A stretch of 63,075 nucleotides of DNA, the filler included, from Globobulimina sp. (taxonomy: Eukaryota): the NCBI GenBank assembly GCA_003354225.1. It is 36 parts of 36 records of this genome, joined end to end, with 100 filler letters (N's around TTAATTAATTAA, not from the genome) between each part and the next. Parts side by side here need not be neighbours in the genome. Positions count along the whole stretch, not along the records: positions 21,071 to 22,725 come from PIVH01013542.1; positions 22,826 to 24,480 come from PIVH01013543.1; positions 24,581 to 26,235 come from PIVH01013544.1; positions 26,336 to 27,990 come from PIVH01013545.1; positions 28,091 to 29,745 come from PIVH01013546.1; positions 29,846 to 31,500 come from PIVH01013547.1; positions 31,601 to 33,255 come from PIVH01013548.1; 29 more parts are not named here. One strand, given 5' to 3'. The first letter of the stretch is position 1; the number at the start of each line of letters is the position of its first letter. Position numbers and translations under genes: made by a program. The notes beneath the pieces are model-generated. The model saw only the letters and a program-made list of their open reading frames with translations, did no database searches and was not told where the DNA came from. This document shows, piece after piece, positions 21,071 to 31,975 of this stretch.

Positions 21071-22519
21071 CATTTGTAACATGTGATGCTGCGATGGTTG
21101 TTGGTATACTATTGGTTGCTGGTTAGATGACAATGACGATGTTAATACGGATGCACTCGGAATCGACATTTGTTGGCCATACAACATTCGTGGTGGTGGC
21201 TGTTGTTGTTGGTCAGAAGGAGTTCTTTGTTGTGCTGCAATCAATTGACGTAAATAGTGGCCCTGTATTTGCATATTCATATTAATCGCATTTGAGTGCA
21301 TTGTATCTGACGGTGAGACATTGAGAGGTTTATTTTTTGCAAAGTATGACCATGGTGGACCACTGTTATGTGCATCCATATCAATGATATCATTATTTGT
21401 GTTTTTGATTGACATCATCTCAGTATTTTGGTGATTACTCGTTGATTTACTATTTTTCTGAGAAATGCTGGGCATTGTAATCATGGTTGAATTTGATGCC
21501 GGCGATGTCATTGAAGTTCTATTTGAATTCGGTGTGGCGGCAGTTTTTATGGAAAGCGATGAAATATTCTGAAACAGATAATCTTTATTGGCAGAGGAAT
21601 GCATTGCTATTGGCGAAGCTGCGAGTTTTTGAGCAAATGCTTGTGAATAATGCATGTAATAAAGCAATATGGCTCCAAAGCAACATAGAACCACCAATAA
21701 CATCGAGAGGATTACATATAATGTGGTTGGTGTTATATAGGTTCTTTGTTGTACTGTAATTTGTTGCTGATCACCGTTGTTGTCCTCCGTTATTTCGGTT
21801 TGCGTTGATGAAACTGAACAAATTCAGGTCAAACTTATTGTGTTTTTGCAATGTATACAAGTTTACATACGGAGGGTTGGAGAGATTGTGGGTGATTTTG
21901 TTGGCGGATTACTGCACAAATCATCTGTATTTGCACATTGCCAGCCCTCGCTGTCAAAATCGCACGTGTTTTGCCAGTCGGAGGTACAGTGCATTACACC
22001 CGCATGGTACTGGAAGGTAAACTGAGTGCCGGTGGTAATATTTACATCATCCCAACCATAAATGGCATAGAATTGTAGTGGTTGCGTAAGGTTCTCGCCA
22101 GCGGATAAGCCACTGTCTGCGCCTATGATTTTAGCAGTTGGTGTTCCGTGATCGTTTGGAGGGAAATATATTGTAAGGCCAGCACACGTAAATGAACCAG
22201 TCGCACAGTCTAATAATTGAAAAGAGGAGGAATGTTGGGCATGGATTATGGCATTGGCACATGCTGTGTTTGTATTACATGTGACGGAACATGGATAATC
22301 TGATGGGCAATATATTTCTGAGTGTTTGCACCCATTTACATGTTGGCACAGTATATGACACGGTTCATTTGCGGTACAATATAATGTTTGATTTTCATAT
22401 TGTTGGTATGTGTGTGTACGTATCGTGCCACTATTTGTGTTTGTTGGTATTACAGATAAAATTAATACATAATAAGTCAACCGGATAAAGGATATTTGGA
22501 AGCATTGGAGTGAAACCAT
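21071..22519 (-). CDS. Type I membrane protein: signal peptide, Cys-rich ectodomain, PT-rich stalk, TM, Q/S-rich tail (partial)
   Basis: ORF 21863-22519 with regularly spaced Cys and PTKSPTISPT; ORF ending 21703 begins with a TM helix; splice phase between them unresolved. Confidence 0.65.
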
Positions 22520-22894
22520 GGTGTTAATACTGTTTTTTGTGTACTTGACTCATTAACTCCATTCAAAAATATCAAAAGCATATAGATTAGAGTTTTCCTA
22601 TTTGACCTTGATTTTGCTCATGATCAACTTTTTTTAATCATTTGTGAATTGTTAGAGAAAAAGCTTAAGTAAATGTTAGTCTCATCTTATCGTATCGATT
22701 AGAAACTGTAAATAAAGATCGTACTNNNNNNNNNNNNNNNNNNNNNNNNNNNNNNNNNNNNNNNNNNNNTTAATTAATTAANNNNNNNNNNNNNNNNNNN
22801 NNNNNNNNNNNNNNNNNNNNNNNNNATATTTAATATTCAAAAATCTGAATGCAGTGAGAAATCAAAACTAAAATTATGGTTAAAAAATGAAATA

Positions 22895-23275
22895 TTGCCT
22901 CCAAATATAGGTTTTATGGATATTTGGACTCGGAGTAAATATCCAGGATATTCATATTATATCAATAGGATGTTTATAATGGATACATTTCATGCTTTTG
23001 ACACATGCAGCAAACCTTTTGTATTTTTGAATGCGGTTTGTTTGCTGGACGATGGCTCTCATGGACGCAGAGTGTGCTATGCTGATTTATACTTAATTGA
23101 TAAGCAAAAATATGACATTCTTTTGTTGCATAGAAATATTAAATTCCCTCAGAATAGAACAGCAACATATTATTCAAGAGGAAGAACCCCACATATTCTA
23201 TATGACTCAACGCAAAACTGCTTGAATTGGTTGGGTGGCGACCACAAACATTATCAAATCTCGTTTTCTGATTGA
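22895..23275 (+). CDS. Hypothetical beta-rich (propeller-like) C-terminal fragment
   Basis: 126-codon ORF near contig start; weak Kelch-like ending LNWLGG..HYQISF. Confidence 0.35.
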   Translation: MPPNIGFMDIWTRSKYPGYSYYINRMFIMDTFHAFDTCSKPFVFLNAVCLLDDGSHGRRVCYADLYLIDKQKYDILLLHRNIKFPQNRTATYYSRGRTPHILYDSTQNCLNWLGGDHKHYQISFSD

Positions 23276-23377
23276 CAAGAAACTGTAATATCCACCAAAT
23301 ATCTGTATTGTTTAAATTGCTAAAAATGTTTTGTATCTTTGATTGTCAACATCAACTGAACTTTTTCTACACATATA

Positions 23378-23996
23378 ATGGGTTGCTGTTTGGCCAAAGA
23401 GAACAAAGTTAGCAATGATACAAAAGCAACAAATGAAATGGTAAAAACTGGCGAAGAAGATCTAGAGCCACAACTATTGGATGTAAAGGCCGGACTAAGT
23501 GCAAATATGGCACGTATATCACAAGATTTTAGTCCAATAAACGAAGAGAATATTACACCGCTCGATGATTATACCGGTTCAGACGGATACCCATTGCCCA
23601 AATCGTATGTAAATCCTATCGATATTCCTTTTTTATATATCGCACACATAACTAATTAGCAATGATCGTGATCCTGAGATTTTGGATATGGATATGGATG
23701 ATGATAAAGCATCGCTGGAACAGGGCCATGCGTGGAAATTGGACATAAAGTTTGACGCCAACAACAATGACATAATATTAAACATAGCGGATGAAGTAAC
23801 AAACCAAAAATGGACAAAAAGAGTAACCAACAATGAGCTGAGTGTAGATTCCGAGGCAATGCACGCTCAATATTTGAAACTGCAAAATTTCAGCGACAGA
23901 GGAAGGGCAAAATATATACCAACCTCTGATGCTCAATGTATCTTAACACTGTCGGGGGATGGTGAGATTTATGAATTTGTTGCGGAGCCAACGTAA
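23378..23996 (+). CDS. Small two-exon protein with MGCC N-terminal acylation motif
   Basis: Intron 23605-23659 (GTATGT..TTAG) joins the two ORFs in frame. Confidence 0.7.
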
Positions 23997-24408
23997 TTTA
24001 AATTAAATGTTTAGCGTAATATATGTATGATACATTTTTGTGCCTTTAATTTTTGTGCCCATAATGTATCATACTTTTTGTGCCTTTAATTGGCTGAGGC
24101 GGTCTTCATGTTTTGTTAAATAATCAAAATGAGTGTTGTTTAATCAACCAAATCTATGCTTGTATAATATTATAATTATGTAAACATTTGCAAAAATTTT
24201 TTTTAACATTTATTTTGCTGCTATCATATGTGAAGCAGGTTACTATTCGAACGGTTTTTCCATCAGCATCCATATCATCACTTCAGCATATATCACGATT
24301 TTTTTTCCGATCGTCTTCAATGACACTAACTTTCTTATATACTTGACTTTTTAGGCTTAAACTTCTAAACACTTATTCTGTGATTGGCAAGGTTTTTGGG
24401 TTAGCTGG

Positions 24409-24478
24409 AGTGGTTTTCAACTTTGAATACTAGGATTTGAATACTAGGTAAACTTCGAATACTAGGTTGAAAACCACT
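24409..24478. mobile_element. 70-bp hAT-like miniature inverted-repeat element
   Basis: AGTGGTTTTCAAC...GTTGAAAACCACT TIRs enclosing three GAATACTAGG repeats; TSD not visible at contig end. Confidence 0.65.
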
Positions 24479-24580
24479 ATNNNNNNNNNNNNNNNNNNNN
24501 NNNNNNNNNNNNNNNNNNNNNNNNTTAATTAATTAANNNNNNNNNNNNNNNNNNNNNNNNNNNNNNNNNNNNNNNNNNNN

Positions 24581-26235
24581 TTTAAAACAAACAACTCCAA
24601 CTCATGTGCATCAAATGTGAATGTTAATACTTTGCCAACGGATCGCTTGGAGCTTTTAGCATTGTCAACAGACGAATTGAGACAATATTTGGTTGAGAAT
24701 GGATACAACGATGCGTTGCACATAAATGATAAATATTTGTTAACTGAAAGAATAAAAGAAATACAACATAACAACGAAAGGATATTGAGAGGAGAATATG
24801 ATTATTATTTTGTACAAAAGAAGAATGCAGAAGACGAGGATGATGATAGTATTGTATTGAAACCAATTGAAGCGCAAATTGGTGATATAAATTGCATTTT
24901 AATTCCATATCCACAGTCCGTTATTGATGAAATTATTAAGCAACATGGATGTAGTAATACTAATAGACATTCTTATATCTTTTTATCTGAAAAGTGTTAT
25001 AAACAGTTGTGTTTATTTGAGTATCAGAGGAATTATAATGGCGCTGTTTTATTTTTCCACAATGGCTCAGATGAGGAGGGTAAGGTTGACAATGCCGAAG
25101 AATATCCAATTGCCGATGAGAAAGAGCACAAATCAAAGGATGATAAATTAATTACAATACTAAAAGACCGGGGAATGCCCGATTATTTATTATATGAAGT
25201 TATTCAAACTATGCAAAATAACATTAATTCAAACAAAAAGAAAAAAGAAAAGGAAAATGTTAATGTCAATTCACAAGACACAGAGCTTGAATTTTTAGAT
25301 GGAGAGATACCGCGATGTTCATATCATAAGTTAGTTAAAGCAGATTATGAGATTCCTTTTTATATTTATCAAGATACGAAAAGATGCGAATTATTAAAAA
25401 CATCAAAGTCATTAATAAATATATTGGAATATCATCGCAAAAAAGATGATCAAGAATCGAAATCCAATGAAAATATTAAAGTGTTACAAAATATTTTACA
25501 AAAAATGATTGCTGATAACAAAGATATGATGAATCCATCCAAGTGGTTAAAAAGCACGCAAAGTATACTACGCTTTTTAGAAATGCACAATGAAATGGAA
25601 TTATATGAAGTGATTGAAAATAAATATGTGACCACTCTCAATAATTATATTCATCCCCATTATAGGGCCGAATCACACGCCAGAAATACTGACGACAAAA
25701 TCAAAGAAAATAGTGTCGAATACAAAAAATTAATGCAAATACGAGAAAGAATCTGGCGAAATTGCTGTGTCTCGCTAGAAATACCATTGATAACCGAACC
25801 ATATTTAAGCAGACGGATGATTGCAATCTGTGACCATACAAATACATTGCCAGCGGAAACCGTATTTATTCAGTTGCGCGCAATCAATTCATCACCGAAA
25901 CATTGTTATGTTTGTTCACAGCAAATCGTGCCTGGAGCCGGGAGGTGTAATAATGGCAAATGTTGTGCGTTTGTCCCGAGATATAGTTCGCCCAAACAGC
26001 ACACAAAAATAATTATGATGCAATCAGATGCGTTAAGTCCGCTATGTTTGAAATCATATAAGACTGTGTACAGCCAGAAATTAGCAAAATTATATCCAAA
26101 TCAAAATATATTGATATTCTCAGCTTCAATCATCAATTCATTATCAAAAACATCCTCATCAAACAATGATGACACATCATATTTAAATGAATATGGGAGA
26201 TGCAAATTGTTTGATTGTATTATTGTGCCACAATT
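24581..26235 (+). CDS. Divergent cellular RNA-dependent RNA polymerase (RDR/QDE-1)-like protein, catalytic motif not seen (partial)
   Basis: LITILKDRGMPD, RRMIAICDHTNTLPAETVFIQ, KIIMMQSDALSP..KTVYSQKL..NILIFSA occur in RDR order; SAP-like helix pair at N-terminus. Confidence 0.6.
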
Positions 26236-26335
26236 NNNNNNNNNNNNNNNNNNNNNNNNNNNNNNNNNNNNNNNNNNNNTTAATTAATTAANNNNNNNNN
26301 NNNNNNNNNNNNNNNNNNNNNNNNNNNNNNNNNNN

Positions 26336-26908
26336 TAATGAATTTTCATGAATAATAAGCACTCGTTGCAATGCTTCAATATTTGTTTTTAATCTCTTAT
26401 TTTCATTTTCCATCTTTTCAAGTTTATCTAATTCGGGCGGCTGTGCTTCGGAAAAAGAAGTTGTATTAAAATTTGTATATTGATCCAATAATGTTGTTTT
26501 TGAAATAATTTGCTTGATAATGAGAGAAAAATGAGGAATTGAACAGATTGGATTGTTATATATTGCTAAATGACTCAGTTGTTTGAAAGCACATAAAGGT
26601 TGTAATGATGAAACTGTTTGGATTTTATTATTATTTAATAATAATATCTCAAGCGATGACAGATTTTCTAATCCATCGATATTTGATAGGTTATTATATG
26701 AAAGATTTAAATGTGTTAAATTAGTAAATACTTTTAAATTTTCAATGCTTGATATCCTGTTATTTGACAAATTCAATTGTTGCAATGGACAACGTATTCC
26801 TTGTAAATCTTCAATATGTTCGATATTATGATTTGATAGATTCAGCGATTGAGATTGTTCACAATCTTTCAAATGCTGGATAATGAGTCCTTGACTTACA
26901 TTTTGCAT
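26336..26908 (-). CDS. SDS22-type leucine-rich repeat protein with coiled coil (3' truncated)
   Basis: LNLSNHNIEHIEDL, LNLSNNRISSIENL, LNLSYNNLSNIDGL, LAIYNNPIC. Confidence 0.9.
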
Positions 26909-26998
26909 CCGGACTTGTGGTGTATAGAAGTTAATGATGTTCACCTCAGTTCACTGAAAATCGAAAAACATTTACAACAAAAAATCAAAGATTTAGAT

Positions 26999-27838
26999 TT
27001 AGCGCATTAATAACGTATCAACCTTGGTTGCGCAAGTATTCTGAACCAAGACTGAATGTTGCTCGTCAGTTACGGCCATATCTGTATATCCAACAATCCA
27101 TTTTTCAGCTGATTGCATCGGATGAATCATATGGTTGGTTGCTTTACTTTTAATGTTTATAAAATGTCCCCGAGGATGATTTGCATCATATTGCTTTTCA
27201 AAATGAACGCGATACAATACACATAATTTCTCATTCTGATCCTCGTCATTTATTTGTGCGACTAAATAGGATTCTAATTCAATCAATAATTGAGTGTGTT
27301 GTGTGGGATCAAACCATCCTTTGGGATTTATAAAAATGGATAGTTCATCTTTTGATGTATTATGCAATCCATATTTATCATAAAACACTGTTTGTGCGTT
27401 AATATCTCGAGTACGCGGTACATTTAAATACCATTCCTTTCGATATTGATAAAGTACAGGTGATGTATTCATACATTCTTGCATTTCATTCCCGTTTCTA
27501 TCTGTTTTATGTCTTCGGACAAATTGTATCCAATGAAATTTATGAATATCATCAATCATTGATTGGTTCTGATCCAATTTAAATTGTAGTGAAATATGTT
27601 TATGATCGGAATCAATGTCAAAATTTATTCTTTTTTTATCCATTCGTTCACAAATTACATCTTTGTAAACATGTACTTCTCCTAAATTAGTACCATTGGG
27701 AAGTGTACAATTTGCATTCACTGGTTGTACTTCTGTGCATTCTTTGCGTTGTAACCAGTTATTGTAATAACGTTTGTGGAGGGCTGTACTTATTGGAATA
27801 CCTGCTGCTAAAATTAGTTTGCGTTTCAAGGAGAACAT
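26999..27838 (-). CDS. Hypothetical protein, possible mitochondrial presequence
   Basis: 279-aa ATG ORF with basic N-terminus lacking acidic residues. Confidence 0.6.
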   Translation of the reverse strand: MFSLKRKLILAAGIPISTALHKRYYNNWLQRKECTEVQPVNANCTLPNGTNLGEVHVYKDVICERMDKKRINFDIDSDHKHISLQFKLDQNQSMIDDIHKFHWIQFVRRHKTDRNGNEMQECMNTSPVLYQYRKEWYLNVPRTRDINAQTVFYDKYGLHNTSKDELSIFINPKGWFDPTQHTQLLIELESYLVAQINDEDQNEKLCVLYRVHFEKQYDANHPRGHFINIKSKATNHMIHPMQSAEKWIVGYTDMAVTDEQHSVLVQNTCATKVDTLLMR

Positions 27839-27890
27839 TACTGAAATATGTACAGTTTTCGACTATTGCAATCGAAAACGTTCACAGAAA

Positions 27891-27990
27891 ATGAACAATG
27901 CTGCCAGGAAAAGACGATCGCAACTATTAGTAAGTGGATACGTTAGAAACTGTAGTACTCAATACATCCATACAGATATTATTAGTATCA
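27891..27990 (+). CDS. N-terminus of protein with LLVxGYxR..DI motif (truncated)
   Basis: MNNAARKRRSQLLVSGYVRNCSTQYIHTDIISI; divergent from the neighbour with only 52 bp between starts. Confidence 0.55.
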
Positions 27991-28090
27991 NNNNNNNNNN
28001 NNNNNNNNNNNNNNNNNNNNNNNNNNNNNNNNNNTTAATTAATTAANNNNNNNNNNNNNNNNNNNNNNNNNNNNNNNNNNNNNNNNNNNN

Positions 28091-28414
28091 GGTTGCCAGA
28101 TTGGTAATTTGTTCTTTTGTGAAAATATCATCAAAATTGTTCATGCCACCTTCGGTGCCAATCGCGATGATTTTTTCCAGCCTTTTCTGACCCAGTTTAA
28201 GGGTATTTTTAGGTTCCAGGTTTTTGCCGGTTGCGCCTTTGCGCAATACACCGTGACACCCAGCACAACGTTGAAAATACAAAGCTTTCGTATCATCAAA
28301 GGTTTCCTGTGCCATAGTCGGGCTTTTTGCCTCTTCTGCGACAGCAGTACCTAGAGATAACGCTGTACTGAGAGCCAGCGCAGTTGCGAAACTCGTCAGC
28401 ATTAGTTTTTTCAT
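28091..28414 (-). CDS. nirS: Bacterial cytochrome cd1 nitrite reductase, signal peptide + haem c domain (3' truncated)
   Basis: YFQRCAGCHGVLRKGATGK NirS signature, GTEGGMNNF, Sec signal peptide, AGAGGA ribosome-binding site upstream. Confidence 0.88.
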
Positions 28415-28487
28415 AGAAATATCCTCTCAGGTAGTTCAGACGGTGAAATTCACCGACTGCACATTAAGAGCCTGAGATCGGGCCGCT

Positions 28488-28501
28488 TTGATTCTGATCA
28501 A
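28488..28501. promoter_or_regulatory. FNR/DNR/NnrR-type binding box upstream of nirS
   Basis: Perfect TTGAT-TCTG-ATCAA consensus ~75 bp upstream of the ATG. Confidence 0.9.
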
Positions 28502-28575
28502 ATAAAAGAAAATAATTGTTCAACAAAATTGATAACAAAACTAATTCCAATATTTAGTTAACCCAAGTAAAAGCA

Positions 28576-29020
28576 TCAACAACAAACAGTGAAGTTGATC
28601 GAAATCAAAGCTTTGTTCTTAGTTTTGGAGAGAGTATAGACGTGGTCAAACGAGCTAAACACGGCATTGACAATGGAATGGTCTGCGAAGTTCCAAACAT
28701 TACTGAGCCATTGCGCGGCTTCACTGATGTGAGCCCAGACTGAGCTGACGTTGTGCAATTCCTGATACTGTGGCGCTTTGTATGGCCTGTCTAAATTGCA
28801 CAATTCCTTGAACAGTCTCTGGTCAGTAATGGTCGACGCCTGAAAGATCGATGGTCTGCCGATTCATCGACGCTGGGCTGAACAGACACGCCGAGATTTG
28901 AAGAATTGGATTATCGATGAACTGATCTGAAACCCGAGCTCAGTCACGTCTTTGGGCAGCGTAGAGTTGTACTGAGTGCGAGCATAGCCATTTTGTTCTT
29001 AATGAGCGATGATTGGTGAT
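28576..29020 (-). pseudogene. Decayed eukaryote-type gene fragment with GYxR..LPKDV motif
   Basis: Minus frame reads NGYARTQYNSTLPKDVTEL, followed by stops and frameshifts. Confidence 0.4.
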
Positions 29021-29845
29021 TGGTGATTGACTGGGAGTGATCAAAATGCAGCCATGATGACTTAGCTTACACTAAGACTGAAGTAAAAACCTGATGTATG
29101 GACAATGCAGTCGTTGTTGTAGACAGAGCCAATTACTGATTTCTCCATCTCAATCCACACCAACCTAATGCTGCGCATTTTTTGTGCCTTTATATTGTTT
29201 TTGTTTTCATTTACACACAATTTGTATACTTTAAATACACAGATAAAATTGATAGGAAAGCATCAAAGGACACATCTCGAGCGATTATCATAGAATAAAA
29301 GAAGATATTGGACAATAAATAGTGTTATCAAACAATGGCAATTCGATTATATATTTGTATTGTGCAAAAACAGTTGATTTTGATTGACCGAATTTTGTCT
29401 GCTTTCGTTCAATAAACAATGCATATTTAATATTATGACTTTGTACAACAAAAGGATATTGACAGCAATGGCAACGTAATTCGGAATGGATTTTATTATT
29501 ATTTTTCTGCAAAAAGTACAATTTTGTCGACACATCAAAACATTATTCAAAATATACAATGGCGAAAGAGACGACTTTCTCTAAGTATCAAACATCTGAA
29601 TTAAAACATCAAACGGAGTGTGAAAAAATGCAAAACAATCAAACAAAAACTCATACAAACAAGTCAGTCAATTATAAACGTTTTACTCTGACACCGATTG
29701 GTGGATTGATAGCATTCACTCCATTAAATACAGTTTTAATTGGTTNNNNNNNNNNNNNNNNNNNNNNNNNNNNNNNNNNNNNNNNNNNNTTAATTAATTA
29801 ANNNNNNNNNNNNNNNNNNNNNNNNNNNNNNNNNNNNNNNNNNNN

Positions 29846-30008
29846 CAGTCTCTTCAGTTCTAGCCGAGATTGGATTTTTAAACTACGATAGCGGTTTATA
29901 TACGAAACATCTATGTAACATATGCATATGCTATCTTAGTTTAAAAGCAATCTCAAAAACAACAGGCGATTTTACAATAAAAAATAAAAAATAAAATCAT
30001 ATATATAG
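29846..30008 (+). repeat. Conserved hairpin element, copy A (5' part cut by contig start)
   Basis: Stem GAGATTG/CAATCTC, TTTTAAACTA/TAGTTTAAAA, GATAGC/GCTATC (29866-29954); ends AAAATAAAATCATATATATAG. Confidence 0.9.
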
Positions 30009-30335
30009 ACATTAGACGTCGTTTGCAGCATATTGGAATGGATTAAAATCAAGATCTAGAAAATAATTTGCGTAATATTGCGATTAATGTTAATGCCGCA
30101 AATATGATGGGTACGGCCCAAGGGCCAGATATATTTTCAAGCCTTAATTGCCAACAATCTGTACTATACCAATGCGGCACAGCTAATTGAAACCACCATG
30201 AACGATTTTCATCGCATATTGGTCGTAAATACCAATTATTTGACTATTATGGCGCAGAGAATGCAGATCGATGCGTGGTTTTGATGGGGAGTGGCAGCGA
30301 TACGGTGGAACAAACCATCAACGAACTCAATAAGC
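30009..30335 (+). pseudogene. Pyruvate:ferredoxin oxidoreductase (PFOR/PNO) internal fragment, decayed
   Basis: Across frames: MMGTAQGPDIF-FQALIANNLYY..IETTMNDF-GRKYQLFDYYGAENADRCVVLMGSGSDTVEQTINELN; one stop and two frameshifts; missed by the ORF track. Confidence 0.85.
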
Positions 30336-31324
30336 CATTTTATTGGCAAATAACGGGAAATGCCAAAATGAGAAATATAAGTTATTGACATGCGCATTAC
30401 GGCCACACTGCGTATTTGTGCCTCGCGATACACATTTATATGTCAAACACAGACCTCAAAGATAAACCAGTCTTCGTATCACCTCTGAACTCTTTCCACT
30501 TAATTTCCCGAGATTTCACGAGCAGGTATACAACAACATACAATAAAAACAGATACAGAAATAAATACTAATTCAAATCAAAAACATATTTCAACACGTG
30601 ACATTTATGAATTATTAACTCGTCACTGGTTCAAATTATATTTATTTATTGGTAACAACGATAATTTATTCCCTCATTCCAATGAATGGATTGGTGTCGC
30701 TAAGAATTGGTTTCTATACATCCATATTAATAAATGACCAATCAATATATATTTGGCACAGTTATTCTCAGTACAATGGACAGACATTAATTATCATTAG
30801 TACTGAAAGAATTTAGTTTACATGTAGCAAAACAGTGAAAAATAATTATTTAAATGCAAATGCTTTTTTATAGTTTGTCACGCTGTCATTGCCATTACAA
30901 CATAACATTTGCAGCTAGATATAAGTGTGTTTTGTTGTGTTATTTTGTCAATTTTGTTTGTTTAATATGTTTTTTTTCATGTTTTCTGCGTGTTTACACT
31001 GTTGCTTTCCATTTGTATGCATTCAAAATATATAGTCAAGCGTATACAAATCTCGGGAAGATATGATAGAATTGTTTAAATATTTATGTTAGATGCATCC
31101 ATAATATAATATTGGATGTTTAGAATTTTTTTTCATATGAACGCCTTGCTACTATGTTGTTTTTTACAACTGTGTGCAGTGAGCATTTTGAAGCGAAAAT
31201 TGTTTGATCAATGCCTGGATATTGTATACAAATACGTCCATTGCCTTGAATGTTTATCCATTAATTTGATGAGTTCAGTCATAAATAAAACTAGACATTC
31301 CTTTTGGTGTAAAGAAGTTGAATG

Positions 31325-31500
31325 AATTGACTAGATCCAACTAAGTTCGGAACCTTAACATGTTAGACCATGTCACTTTTACAGTCTCTTCAGTTCTAGC
31401 CGAGATTGGATTTTTAAACTACGATAGCGGTTTATATACGAAACATCTATGTAACATATGCATATGCTATCTTAGTTTAAAAGCAATCTCAAAAACAACA
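31325..31500 (+). repeat. Conserved hairpin element, copy B
   Basis: 31382-31500 is identical to 29846-29964 (119 bp); 31325-31381 aligns with the copy at 61255-61311. Confidence 0.9.
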
Positions 31501-31975
31501 NNNNNNNNNNNNNNNNNNNNNNNNNNNNNNNNNNNNNNNNNNNNTTAATTAATTAANNNNNNNNNNNNNNNNNNNNNNNNNNNNNNNNNNNNNNNNNNNN
31601 TATATTGGAAAATTATTTTTTGAGGTTAAATAATCAGCAGTTAAATTTACATGTAATCACTCAAAATATTGAGGTGACTCGGTTATTGATTCCAAGAATA
31701 GCTGCTCGAGTAAATGGTGCTTGGTCAGCTTATGATATAAGCGTCACAAACTTCACGTTGACTGACATTATTACAAAATTAATTAATGTAATAACTTAAG
31801 ACAAGTTTTTTCAGTGCAATTTTGTCGAATGGTTTTTCACCTTTTTATTATTATTAATTAAAATTATGATGATAGAGCATAGAATAATAAATAAGACAGT
31901 GGCAGATAGAAATACTACTGAAAAAAAAAGTAATTTGGCTTAAATTAAATTAAATGTTTATTGATTTGATGTTTG

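Noticed and set aside
28091-30335. Anaerobic gene cluster of nirS next to PFOR
   Set aside because: They are on different contigs placed side by side only by length sorting.
31245-31300. Upstream PFOR exon (MFIH*FDEFSH resembling FLHFFDGFRTSH)
   Set aside because: Too short, contains stops, and flanking residues do not match.
31360-31400. Hammerhead ribozyme (CUGAAGA on minus strand) in the hairpin element
   Set aside because: No GAAA after the putative stem II, and the core is absent from the copy at 61093-61311.
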